From the NCBI GenBank assembly GCA_037142615.1, contig JBAXAI010000013.1, forward strand, positions 1-64,000: a stretch of 64,000 bases of DNA, given 5' to 3'. Source of the DNA: Spirochaetales bacterium. Its GTDB lineage: Bacteria > Spirochaetota > Spirochaetia > JABEVK01. The stretch's first letter is position 1, and each line of letters starts with the position of its first letter. Of the stretch, positions 20,542 through 29,872 are shown piece by piece. Both the position numbers and the translations under genes were made by a program. The notes under the pieces are model-generated. The model saw nothing but the letters and a program-made list of their open reading frames with translations. It had not been told where the DNA came from and did not search any database.

Positions 20542-22535
20542 AGGACTACCTGCACCGGGGCGCTCTTGTTGGTGTCCCAGTACCACAGGGTTCCGTCAAA
20601 GCGTGTCAGGAACACGTGTTGCCCCCCGGCTACCACGGAGCGCCAGTTGCTGTCGGTGCCAATCTGGGCTGGGGTTGGGGTGAACGTCTTCCCCCAGGCC
20701 CACAACGTGCCATTGTACTGAAGCGCGAAACTGCAGTCGATGCCGGCCGCCACCGCTTGCCACTGGTAGTCGGATTCCCAGGGGTTCACATGCACGGTTG
20801 TGACCATAACCGGTGCGTGTATAGCCTGATTGTCTGAGCTGCCGAGACCCAGTTGGCCGTCGGAGTTGCTTCCCCAGGTCCACAGCGAGCCGTCATTTTG
20901 GAGCCCCAAAACGTGGGCCGAGCCCGTCGCCAGGTCGCGCCAATTGGTCATCGTCGGTAGCAGGGCTGTCGGCATGGCGGTTCCCGGCCCTTGACCGTCA
21001 CCAAGTTGGCCCTTGTCGTCGGCGCCCCAGCCGTAAAGGAGCATTTGTTTGTTGCCCTGCTTCAACGCCAGCGTGAAACCATCGCCGACAAAGACCCTCT
21101 GCGCGAAATCCTCCCACTCAAAGACCGGTGCGTTGGAGGCCCCTTGGCCCCAGCCCATCAGGTAGGGGGTGTTGCTCATGTTGCCGATCTGTTTGATTGC
21201 CCCCAGCGTATGATCGTACCCCGCCACCACGAACTGCCAGCGGGTTTCTGTGTTGTTGCCGATCGCTCCATAGACGGTCGGCACAGACCGTGTGAGGATG
21301 TCCCCCAACCCCAGTTGGCCCCGGCTGTTGTCGCCCCAGGTCCACAGCGTCCCGTCGCTTTTGAGTGCGGCCGCGTGACCCGTGCCCACGGTAACAAACC
21401 GCCAGGTGGTCTCTGTCCCCATCTGTGCCGGTGTGCCACCCTGGGCCCAGGTCCACAAAGTGCCGTCGGTCTTGATGGCCGCGTTGAAGTTCGAGGAGGT
21501 GGCAATGACGAGCGGTTGGGTTTCCACGAGCCGGTAGTCTCTGGTCACCGACCAGTAGTTGCCTTTCCCGTCGGTCATAATGATGGTCATCTGGTGGGGG
21601 CCGGTCTCGATGGGAACATTCGGGAACGACATGTTGTCCCACCAACTGTTGCAACTGGCAAAGGCCCAGCCCTTGGGATCAGACTTCCATTGCACGTTTC
21701 TGCCGTTGGGGTCGGTGAAGTGGTAGCCGTCGAGGTACACCGAGTCGATTGAAATGCCAGAACTGAACTGGAATTGGACCTGCATCCAGTCGTTCCCCCA
21801 GCGGTTCACCACCGACAGTGAGTTCATCACCATGATGTCCTGGGTCAACTGAACCTGCCCGCCCGAGCTCCCGCCACCACCCCCACCGGTGCTTCGGCTG
21901 ATGGTCAGGAAACCGCTCTTGGCACCCTGTTCCACCCTGCCAAACGACTCTGCCTTCGGCTCGAAGTTGATGCTGAAGTTTCCCGTCGCGCTCTTGCCGG
22001 GGTAGGTGCCGTCGGCCATCACCTGCCAGACGGAGGCTCCCCCCGCACTGACATCCACCGTCAGCGCGGCGTTATCGGGATTCACGAGGCGCAGGTAGGT
22101 GACCTGGCGTGGCTGGAGCAGCACAGGACGGTCAAACTCCATGGTGACCGCTGGTGTCAGCTCAATCGACACCTCATTGGTGCCAGAGGCCAAAGTCTGC
22201 GTCGCCTCGCCATGGGTGAGCAGGTGGTCGGCGTCGTCGTAGGCGTCGAGCAGGAGCGTTGCTTCCCCCGGGGCGGTCCGTGCCACGAGCGTGTCGCCCA
22301 GGGCAAAGGTGACGCTCTTGGACACGCCCTTGGCCGGCTTGATCGTCAAGCGGTAGCGCGTGGCGTCGCCCACCAGCATGCGGCCGTTTTCGGCGGCCGG
22401 GATTTCCAGCCGGATCACGGCTTCCCCCGACCCATCCCCGCTCAGCGGAACCACACACGAAGCTGCCAGCAGTCCCGCAGCGACGGCAAACAAGAGTCCG
22501 AGGCCCCAAACTGGAAAGCGCCGAAAGATCTTCAT
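20538..22535 (-). CDS. RCC1/BLIP-II repeat lipoprotein
   Basis: Signal peptide with lipobox AASC; repeats ALKSDGTLWTWGDNSRGQLG and LQNDGSLWTWGSNSDGQLG. Start reassigned to ATG 22535. Confidence 0.85.
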   Translation of the reverse strand: MKIFRRFPVWGLGLLFAVAAGLLAASCVVPLSGDGSGEAVIRLEIPAAENGRMLVGDATRYRLTIKPAKGVSKSVTFALGDTLVARTAPGEATLLLDAYDDADHLLTHGEATQTLASGTNEVSIELTPAVTMEFDRPVLLQPRQVTYLRLVNPDNAALTVDVSAGGASVWQVMADGTYPGKSATGNFSINFEPKAESFGRVEQGAKSGFLTISRSTGGGGGGSSGGQVQLTQDIMVMNSLSVVNRWGNDWMQVQFQFSSGISIDSVYLDGYHFTDPNGRNVQWKSDPKGWAFASCNSWWDNMSFPNVPIETGPHQMTIIMTDGKGNYWSVTRDYRLVETQPLVIATSSNFNAAIKTDGTLWTWAQGGTPAQMGTETTWRFVTVGTGHAAALKSDGTLWTWGDNSRGQLGLGDILTRSVPTVYGAIGNNTETRWQFVVAGYDHTLGAIKQIGNMSNTPYLMGWGQGASNAPVFEWEDFAQRVFVGDGFTLALKQGNKQMLLYGWGADDKGQLGDGQGPGTAMPTALLPTMTNWRDLATGSAHVLGLQNDGSLWTWGSNSDGQLGLGSSDNQAIHAPVMVTTVHVNPWESDYQWQAVAAGIDCSFALQYNGTLWAWGKTFTPTPAQIGTDSNWRSVVAGGQHVFLTRFDGTLWYWDTNKSAPVQVVL

Positions 22536-22613
22536 CCTACTGAACAACCTATCGCGTCGAACCCTCGAAATCAAGGGATTGCTCGAATCCCCAACACAAC
22601 GTACAGTATGGGA

Positions 22614-24104
22614 ATGTCCACCGACCACTACGACCTCATCATTCTCGGCGGAGGGCCCACGGGTTTCGCCGGAGCCATGCGAGCCCTCGACTTCGGCAAA
22701 CGGGTTCTGCTGGTAGAAAAGACCGGCCTGGGTGGCACGGAAGTTTTCAACGGGGTCATGACTTCCAAAACCCTCTGGGAGTATTCCAAAAAGGTTCGCC
22801 AAGTTCGCGACATGGTGCCGTCGTTCCAGCTCAAGTTCGAGAACTCCGACAGGGAAGTCCGCGAAGCCGTGCGCACCCGACGCAATATCATCAATAATCA
22901 CATCCGGGTTTTGCTCGATGCACCCGGAAAGAGCCGCTTTGGGCTCGAAAAAGGTCGCGGCGAGCTCGTCGACCAGCACACGGTGCTGATTACCCGCAAC
23001 CAGGGCGAGCCGGCCACCGTGACCTATACCGCGGACAATATTCTGCTGGCGACCGGCAGCCGTCCGCGCTACCTGCCGAACATTCCCATCGACGAAAAGG
23101 TCATCCTTACCAGCGACGGCATCCGCAACATGCGCGATTTTCAAAAATCGCTGGTTGTGCTCGGCGCGGGGGTCATTGGTTGCGAGTTTGCCACCATCTT
23201 CAGCAATTTTGGCAATTCCGAGGTGTTCCTCATCGACAAGGCCGACCGCATTCTTCCTTTTGAAGACGAAGACGTGGCCTCGATCGTGGCTGAAAGCCTC
23301 GAAAAGAACGGTTGCCACGTGCACCGAGGGGCCTCGCTGGTCCGCATGGACGTGGTGAACGGCGAAGTGGAGTACGAACTCGAGTACAAGGACGGGCGGC
23401 GCGAGGTAAACCGGGTAGGGCAGGCGCTGGTTTCCGTCGGACGTGTACCCAACGTCGAGGGCTTGGGCCTGGGTGCAGCCGGAATCCGCCTCACCGAGCG
23501 CGGGGGCATCTGGCGCGACGACACCCAGACCAACATTCCGACCATCTACGCGGCCGGTGATGTAGCGACAGAAATCTCGTTGGTGAATGTGGGCGAAAGC
23601 GAGGCTCGCCACGCGGTAGAACGGATGTACGGCGAGCCCCAGCGGCGGCTGAGCTACGAGAACATCAGCACCATCATGTTCTTGGATCCGGAAGTGGCGG
23701 CCGTGGGCATCAACGAGCAGGAGGCTGTGCGCCGGGGCCTGCCAGTACGGGTGGTCAAGCTCGACTACTCCCTGCTCTCAAGGGCCATTGCCATGCACAA
23801 AACCAAGGGCTTTTTCAAAATCATCGTCACCAACGACCATGCCATGCGCATCTTGGGGATGCGGGCCATCGGGGCCCACGCGTCAAGCTGCATCGAAGGG
23901 GTGGCCTACCTGGTGCACACCCAGCAAGGTATCCGCGACCTTGCCAACATGATCCACCCCCATCCTTCCATCATCGAAGGGATTCAGGAGGCGCTGCGGA
24001 TGCTCCTCGGGACCTCCATCTACAAGCCGGAAGTCCTCGGCGACCGTCTGCAGTGCTACCTGATCCAGAACGGAATCAAGTCGCCGCTGGAGTCGATCCT
24101 GTAG
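22614..24104 (+). CDS. Dihydrolipoyl dehydrogenase / soluble transhydrogenase-like flavoprotein lacking the redox disulfide
   Basis: GGGPTG FAD fold, ATGSRP, GAGVIGCEFA, IYAAGD, HPHPSIIEG. The usual CxxxxC position reads GGTEVFNGVMTSK. Confidence 0.85.
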   Translation: MSTDHYDLIILGGGPTGFAGAMRALDFGKRVLLVEKTGLGGTEVFNGVMTSKTLWEYSKKVRQVRDMVPSFQLKFENSDREVREAVRTRRNIINNHIRVLLDAPGKSRFGLEKGRGELVDQHTVLITRNQGEPATVTYTADNILLATGSRPRYLPNIPIDEKVILTSDGIRNMRDFQKSLVVLGAGVIGCEFATIFSNFGNSEVFLIDKADRILPFEDEDVASIVAESLEKNGCHVHRGASLVRMDVVNGEVEYELEYKDGRREVNRVGQALVSVGRVPNVEGLGLGAAGIRLTERGGIWRDDTQTNIPTIYAAGDVATEISLVNVGESEARHAVERMYGEPQRRLSYENISTIMFLDPEVAAVGINEQEAVRRGLPVRVVKLDYSLLSRAIAMHKTKGFFKIIVTNDHAMRILGMRAIGAHASSCIEGVAYLVHTQQGIRDLANMIHPHPSIIEGIQEALRMLLGTSIYKPEVLGDRLQCYLIQNGIKSPLESIL

Positions 24105-24291
24105 GCTCGGCGCCTTCGGCACCGTCTTCGTCGTCATCGGCCGGCTCTTCACCCAACAGGTGCGCCGGGATGCCCTCCGGGTACAGTTTCTCCAGCTCCT
24201 TGCGCTCTTTCTTGCGCTGGGCTTTTTCTTCTTTCTTTTTCTTGGCGTCGAGTTCTCGGCGTCGTTTGTTTCCGGAATAATTGGGTTTCAC
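24076..24291 (-). CDS. Small charged protein (basic helix, acidic tail)
   Basis: MKPNYSGNKRRRELDAKKKKEEK resembles a widespread small PNY..KR.REL family. GAGG upstream. Confidence 0.6.
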   Translation of the reverse strand: MKPNYSGNKRRRELDAKKKKEEKAQRKKERKELEKLYPEGIPAHLLGEEPADDDEDGAEGAEPTGSTPAAT

Positions 24292-24392
24292 GGGGCCTCG
24301 CTTGGGGAAAAATAAGGCACTACATTACAGGGTATTGCCAAAAGAATCCAGCCATTCGACCCTGGAATCGAAATCCGCGCTAGAATGGGATC

Positions 24393-24776
24393 ATGCGGTT
24401 CCGTGCGCTCGTCGCGACCCTCCTCCTGATGGCAGCAACCCTGGTCGCCCAGGCCCCCTCGGTCGCCCCTTGGCCTGGTTTGCGCCTTCGGGATGCTCTC
24501 GAAGCCCTGCGGGTGATCCGGCTGGCCGGGGTCGTCAGCCACCTCGAGGCCGACAAGACGCTCAAACCTGTGTTCCTGAAAGCCGACCGCGAAATTGCGA
24601 TGAAGTACCTGCGCGGTGACGAGACCATGTGGTTCGCCCTGGTGCTGAGGGGTGTCGAGATCGATCCGCGCGAATGGTGGCTCACGTGGGAAGGGCGCCT
24701 GGTCAACCTCGGCCAGCTGTTCACCTATGGGGAGGAGTTTGACCCAAGCCTGTTGAATACCACCACGGACGGCTGA
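24393..24776 (+). CDS. Hypothetical exported protein
   Basis: Signal-peptide-like N-terminus; TAGAAT 6 nt before the ATG. Confidence 0.6.
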   Translation: MRFRALVATLLLMAATLVAQAPSVAPWPGLRLRDALEALRVIRLAGVVSHLEADKTLKPVFLKADREIAMKYLRGDETMWFALVLRGVEIDPREWWLTWEGRLVNLGQLFTYGEEFDPSLLNTTTDG

Positions 24777-25717
24777 TGGTTCTCCTCGGTAGCCCTGAAC
24801 TGCAACGCTCCCGTGCCAGGATTCCGGTCAAAGAGCGCCACGGTTCCAGAGCGCTGGTTGGCCACCGCAACCTGGCTGCCATCCGGCGAGAGGGCCAGGT
24901 CACGAGGCCAATCACCGGCGCTGGCAGTCCAGACAGGCTCCTGGGGAGTTCCCTGGGAATCGAGCGAAAAACTCACCACGCTGTTGTGGCCCCGGTTGGT
25001 CGCCAGCACGAACTTGCCGTCCGAACTGACCTTCACCGCAGCACCGAAGCTCTCGGCAACGGCCCCCTCAGGGAGGAGTGAAACGCGGCCCAAAACCTCC
25101 AGACCGGGCGTCTGCGGCGTGGAGGGGCCCAGCGACCACCTGAGGGTTACCAGCTCATTGCTGAACTCGGTCACCAGGTATGCCACCGGAAGACGCGGAT
25201 GAACGGCCAAGTGGCGAGGACCGCTACCCGGACCCGTTGCCAGGCTCGCAACGAGGCTAAAGGTGAGCGGCCAGCCGGCACCGACGCGGTACAGCTCCAC
25301 GGTATTGCGGCCCAGATCGACCAAGAAAAGGCCCAGCCCCTCGGGGGTCGGCACAACAGCGTGGGCATGGGCACCCTCCGACGGCGCCACCAGCACTTGA
25401 GGCGTATGCCCCAGCTCGCGAAGGCGAAGAGCCGTGACAGCGCCGTCACCGTAGTGGGCGACCACCACAACCAGATCGTCCCTTGGCCCCAGCCAGCAGG
25501 CGTGGCAAGGCAACCGACCTCCGCTGGCGGCTGTGGCGAGGTTCACCCAGCCGTCGGGGGCCTGCTGAAACAGCGCGATAAGGCCCGTGTCTTTTTCGCC
25601 CAGGGCGACCACTCGCCCCTCTGGCAACAACAACACCCACGAAGGGTCCTGATCCCAGCCGAGGGTGCCCGGATGCTGCGGATCGGTGTAGCCACTGACA
25701 AAAATTCCTTGGTCCAT
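24725..25717 (-). CDS. Lactonase family beta-propeller (6-phosphogluconolactonase-like)
   Basis: AHAHAV, VDLG, GSGPRHL, TNRGHNS, GDWPRD, ANQRSG. Confidence 0.9.
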   Translation of the reverse strand: MDQGIFVSGYTDPQHPGTLGWDQDPSWVLLLPEGRVVALGEKDTGLIALFQQAPDGWVNLATAASGGRLPCHACWLGPRDDLVVVVAHYGDGAVTALRLRELGHTPQVLVAPSEGAHAHAVVPTPEGLGLFLVDLGRNTVELYRVGAGWPLTFSLVASLATGPGSGPRHLAVHPRLPVAYLVTEFSNELVTLRWSLGPSTPQTPGLEVLGRVSLLPEGAVAESFGAAVKVSSDGKFVLATNRGHNSVVSFSLDSQGTPQEPVWTASAGDWPRDLALSPDGSQVAVANQRSGTVALFDRNPGTGALQFRATEENHQPSVVVFNRLGSNSSP

Positions 25718-25755
25718 TGCCTAACGTAGCACACAAACCGCCAGGCCAGCAGTTC

Positions 25756-25784
25756 TTGACCAGAGTGCGGACTCCCATTAGCAT
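25756..25784 (+). promoter_or_regulatory. sigma70-type promoter of the DUF475 gene (leaderless)
   Basis: TTGACC-N17-TAGCAT, then 6 nt, then ATG 25791. Confidence 0.7.
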
Positions 25785-25790
25785 CGTCCC

Positions 25791-26822
25791 ATGCGAACGT
25801 ACTTCAAGTTCTTTACCGGCAGCACCGTTTTCGCCGTTCTCGCCTTGGCCACGGCCTTCTTCTTGGGGCTGCAGACGGGGGGTACTCTTTCGGTCGCCTT
25901 CTCGTTCCTCTTCACGGCCCTGATGCTGGGCATTTTGGAGACCTCGCTGAGTTTCGACAACGCGGTGGTCAATGCCCGGATTCTGGCGACGATGGCCCCT
26001 TTTTGGCGCAAAATCTACCTCTACATCGGCATGATCATTTCGGTGTTCGGTATGCGTGTGTTGTTTCCTCTGCTCATCGTCTGGCTGGTCAGTTCCCGGC
26101 CGTTCGGCGATGTGATTGCCATGACTTGGCAGAATCCACAGGAGTTCCAGGACATTCTCGTCGAACAGCATACGATGATCGCCGGCTTCGGCGGGGCGTT
26201 CCTCTGGATGGTGTTCAGCAGTTTCTTCTTTGACGCCGAAAAAGATCTGCACTGGTTGCCCGGCCTTGAGTCGGTCATGAGCCGCGTAGGCAAGCTGCCC
26301 TCGGTACCCGTGGTGTTTACCCTGCTGATCACTTTGGGCTTCTTCACCACCATGCCCTCGTTGCACCGCCTGGATTTCCTGCTGGCGGCGGTTCTCGGCG
26401 TGATTCTGTACCTGCTGGTGTCGGGCTTGGGGGCTCTCATGCACAACGGCAAGCTGGCCGTCGGGGCCGGGCTGGGTTCGTTTCTGTACCTCGAGGTTCA
26501 GGACGCCAGCTTCAGTTTCGACGGGGTGATCGGGGCCTTTGCCATCACCAACAACCTTTTCCTGATCGCCCTCGGCCTGGGCATCGGAGCCTTCTTCGTC
26601 CGTTCCATGACCATCAAGTTGGTAGAAGACAAGACTCTCGGCGTCTTCCGCTACCTGGAGCACGGCGCCTTCTGGGCGATCGGGGCCCTCAGCCTCATCA
26701 TGGACCTCGGCGCTCTCGAGGTTGAGGTGCCCGAGGTTGTCGCCGGTTCGGTGGGGATTATCCTGATTGCGCTCAGTGTGCTCGGCAGCATCGTCGCCAA
26801 CCGGCGCGACGCCAAGACCTGA
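25791..26822 (+). CDS. DUF475 / TerC-related integral membrane protein
   Basis: LETSLSFDNAVVNA, VFGMR, YLEVQDASFSFDGVIGAFA, YLEHGAFWAIG; multiple TM helices. Confidence 0.9.
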   Translation: MRTYFKFFTGSTVFAVLALATAFFLGLQTGGTLSVAFSFLFTALMLGILETSLSFDNAVVNARILATMAPFWRKIYLYIGMIISVFGMRVLFPLLIVWLVSSRPFGDVIAMTWQNPQEFQDILVEQHTMIAGFGGAFLWMVFSSFFFDAEKDLHWLPGLESVMSRVGKLPSVPVVFTLLITLGFFTTMPSLHRLDFLLAAVLGVILYLLVSGLGALMHNGKLAVGAGLGSFLYLEVQDASFSFDGVIGAFAITNNLFLIALGLGIGAFFVRSMTIKLVEDKTLGVFRYLEHGAFWAIGALSLIMDLGALEVEVPEVVAGSVGIILIALSVLGSIVANRRDAKT

Positions 26823-26870
26823 CACCTGGAAGTCGTGGTAATCGCCGGGCGCGTGCAGTAGACTCGGGAT

Positions 26871-28526
26871 ATGCAAACTCCCAAAAAAGGTACTTCGGGC
26901 CGCCTCAGTCTTCGTCTGAGCCTTGCGAGCGCCCTGATCGGCGCTGTGCTCCTCACAAGCGCTCTCTTGGGCACCGTGACCTTCACTGTCTGGCGCCAGT
27001 CGATCCGTGATGATCTGCAAAAGCGGCTGGGTGAGCTGGCCGCCACGGTGAGCCTGATGATTGACCCCGCTGTTCACCACGGCCTGACGCAACCCTCCGA
27101 CATGGACGGCCAAGCCTACAAGAACCTCCGGGCCAAACTCAAGGCCGTCCGTGCCCAGAGTCCCGACGTGCACTTCCTGTACACCTACCGCTGGACTCCC
27201 GGCGAAGAATCACCTAAGTTCGTGCTCGATACCGGTACCGTGGGAGTCGATTTCAGTCCTCTCGGCACGGTTTACGAATCGATGACCCCGACGCTGAGGG
27301 CCAGTTTTTTTCCGCCCTATCGCGTGAGGGTGGAAACCGAACCCTACAAGGACGAGTACGGCACGTTCTTGTCGGCTTTTGCACCGATCCTCGGGGCCGA
27401 CGGTCAGATCGAAGGCGTGCTCGGCATCGATATGGACGCCAGCCGCATTCAGGCGCTCGAGGCCCAGTTGCTGGCCCTCGTCCTGGGGATGACGGCCCTG
27501 ATTACCGTCGTCATGGGGCTGGGTTCGTGGTGGTTCTCGAGGCGCATCTCCAAACCGTTGTTGGCCCTGAGCCACGACATGGGCCTGATCCAGGAGTTCC
27601 AGCTCGACGGCGAGCTCAACATCAAAACGCAGATCAACGAGGTGGTGCTCATGAAAACCTCGCTCGACAACATGAAAAAGGGCCTTCGCTCCTTTAAGAA
27701 GTACGTGCCCGCCGACTTGGTCGCCGACCTCATCGGCCTTCAACAGGAAGCCAGGCTGGGCACGACGAAGCGCGAGATCACCGTGTTCTTCTGCGACCTC
27801 GAGAACTTCACCACCATCAGCGAGCAACTCAGCCCCGAGGACTTGAATCTGATGCTTTCCGGCTACTTTGACGCCGTGACCCGGGCCCTTCAAAGGCATG
27901 GTGCCACCATCGACAAGTTTATCGGTGACGCGGTGATGGCGTTTTGGAACGCTCCTCGCGACCTTCCCGACCATGCCCTCAGGGGTGCCCTTGCCACCTT
28001 GGAGGTTCGCCAGAGCCTCGAGTTGCTGCGCGAAGGTTGGAAGAGCGTTGGTTTGCCTGGCATGTCGACGCGGGTGGGCCTGAACACGGGAAGCGTGATG
28101 GTGGGCAATGTCGGCTACGAAGACCGCCTGAGCTACACCGCCCTCGGTGATGCGGTGAACTTGGCCAGCCGCCTCGAAAGCCTCAATAAGTTCTACGGTA
28201 CCTACATTCTGGTTGGCGAGGACACGCTCAGTCAGCTGGGAAACCAGGTGGCCTACCGCGTCATCGACCGGGTGGCTGTGAAGGGCAAGAGCAAAGGAAC
28301 CCGGATCGGCGAGTTGGCCCACCGCGTACACCCGAGTTGGGCCGCTTACGAAAAGGGCCTGAACGCCTACTTCGCCTCGGATTTTGAGGGTGCCTTGAAG
28401 CTGTTTGGCGACCCGTTGCTGGCCAAGGACGGCCCCACGGCCATCATGGTGAACCGTTGCAAGCGGTTTGCTGAGCGCGGCGCACCCGAAGGCTGGGATG
28501 GCACCTGGGTGATGGCCGACAAGTAG
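26871..28526 (+). CDS. Membrane class III adenylate/guanylate cyclase (periplasmic sensor + HAMP)
   Basis: Two TM helices, HAMP-like linker, FFCDLENFT, IDKFIGDAVMAFW, YTALGDAVNLASRLE, VKGK. Confidence 0.93.
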   Translation: MQTPKKGTSGRLSLRLSLASALIGAVLLTSALLGTVTFTVWRQSIRDDLQKRLGELAATVSLMIDPAVHHGLTQPSDMDGQAYKNLRAKLKAVRAQSPDVHFLYTYRWTPGEESPKFVLDTGTVGVDFSPLGTVYESMTPTLRASFFPPYRVRVETEPYKDEYGTFLSAFAPILGADGQIEGVLGIDMDASRIQALEAQLLALVLGMTALITVVMGLGSWWFSRRISKPLLALSHDMGLIQEFQLDGELNIKTQINEVVLMKTSLDNMKKGLRSFKKYVPADLVADLIGLQQEARLGTTKREITVFFCDLENFTTISEQLSPEDLNLMLSGYFDAVTRALQRHGATIDKFIGDAVMAFWNAPRDLPDHALRGALATLEVRQSLELLREGWKSVGLPGMSTRVGLNTGSVMVGNVGYEDRLSYTALGDAVNLASRLESLNKFYGTYILVGEDTLSQLGNQVAYRVIDRVAVKGKSKGTRIGELAHRVHPSWAAYEKGLNAYFASDFEGALKLFGDPLLAKDGPTAIMVNRCKRFAERGAPEGWDGTWVMADK

Positions 28527-28546
28527 TCCGCCCTCGTTTGTCGGGT

Positions 28547-29290
28547 TTAGGGTAGGTAGTTCTTGACGGTGGCAGCGATCTGCTCGGGGCTGGCGCTGAC
28601 GTCGAGGCTCACCCGCAGATCGCCCTTGGCGTCGATGATCCAGAACGGCGCTGAGTGGGCAATCTGGTAGCCGCCCGCGAACCTTTTGGCCACGTCGCTT
28701 CCCGCCAAGATCTGCGCGTCAGTCAGCCCAAACAACGGACTGTCCGGGTCAGGCTTGGCGGTCTCCATCACGTCTTCTCCGTCGGTCTTGACGACCGTGA
28801 TGCCGAGGTTCTTGTACACCTGCAGCATTTCGCCCGGCGATCCGGTAACCATGTGCCACTTGTCGTAGAGGCCCAGCGACTTGCTGTAGTCCGCGAGCAC
28901 AGCCACCGTATCCCGCTCGGGATCGGTATCGACCACCACCAGCTCGACGTTCTTGGCCTGGTCTCCCAGATTGTCCAGGGCCAGCTTCATTTTGATGGCG
29001 CTGTACGGACAGACGTCGCCGCAGTGGGTAAACAGAAAGGTCATCACGACGACTTTTCCCTTGGACGACGAGAAGCGGTACCGGGCGCCCGTCTGGTCGG
29101 CCAAGTTGAAATCGTCGATGGGTTCGGGCTCGTCGTACACCGAAGCGGGACCCGGGTCCTTCTTGCTGGCAACGGCTTGGCCTCCCATGGCGGCTGTCAG
29201 CGCGAGGGTCGCGCCCAGATAGATCAAGGCGGCGGCGACGGTCCCGACGAGGACCAGAATAGCGACGGTCGCGGGTTTCATTTTCTTCAT
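28547..29290 (-). CDS. SCO family copper chaperone
   Basis: N-terminal anchor, FTHCGDVCP (CxxxC), DPERDT, conserved His in IAHS. ATG 29290 with GGAG RBS. Confidence 0.9.
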   Translation of the reverse strand: MKKMKPATVAILVLVGTVAAALIYLGATLALTAAMGGQAVASKKDPGPASVYDEPEPIDDFNLADQTGARYRFSSSKGKVVVMTFLFTHCGDVCPYSAIKMKLALDNLGDQAKNVELVVVDTDPERDTVAVLADYSKSLGLYDKWHMVTGSPGEMLQVYKNLGITVVKTDGEDVMETAKPDPDSPLFGLTDAQILAGSDVAKRFAGGYQIAHSAPFWIIDAKGDLRVSLDVSASPEQIAATVKNYLP

Positions 29291-29363
29291 GGCGAACTCC
29301 AGAGGAGGGGACGGCCCCAAGTTGAACAGTTGCCAAATAACATGAAAGGTCTGATCTGAACTG

Positions 29364-29872
29364 TCAAGGAAGGACTTCACCCGCGGAAAGGATTTCCCAG
29401 CTGGACGGCGGTAAACCAGGCTTGACAAGCACTTTCGTGAGGCTGGCCTGCACAACGAACGGGGTTTTGTAGAGCTGCTCGAGCGGGTTTCCGCTTTGAG
29501 CGTGCATCAGCAGCTGAATCATCATTCCATGGGTCACCAAGAGCACCGGCGATGGCCCGTCGGCTACCTCGGCAGCATGAGCCAGAAACGACAAGATCCG
29601 GCTCTCGGCCTGCGCGAAACTCTCGCCCCCGAAAGGGGTGGCCCGGGCGCCCCAACGGGCCTCGATCTCGGGTCGGGTGAGCCCCTCCCATTCGCCGAAA
29701 TGCATCTCGGCCAGCGCGTCAGTTTCGCGGAAGCTCACGGCAGGTCGGCCCTGCCGGCGACTCGGGCCTGTTAGCGACCCTCAGGCGTGAGTTCGGAATC
29801 CTGGCGCCCCTGAAACCGCTTCACGGTGTTCCACTGGGTTTGCCCGTGGCGCAGAAGCCAAAACTCCGTCAT
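29364..29872 (-). pseudogene. Histidine phosphatase (phosphoglycerate mutase family) pseudogene
   Basis: ATG 29872 gives MTEFWLLRHGQTQWN..FQG.QDSELT.EGR then an in-frame TAA. The remainder (LAEMHFGEWEG, GGES, VTHG) is in another frame, and the SSPL.RA segment is absent. Confidence 0.85.

Noticed and set aside
22536-23612. N-terminal 359 aa of the 1024-aa minus-strand ORF
   Set aside because: Antisense shadow of the flavoprotein gene. The real RCC1 lipoprotein starts at ATG 22535 with a signal peptide.
25446-27173. 575-aa minus-strand ORF and many similar long alternative-frame ORFs
   Set aside because: They lie opposite well-supported genes and have no motifs, as expected in high-GC DNA.
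29760-29780. Programmed readthrough/frameshift in the histidine phosphatase
   Set aside because: It would need both a TAA readthrough and a frameshift, and a conserved catalytic segment is deleted, so decay is the simpler explanation.
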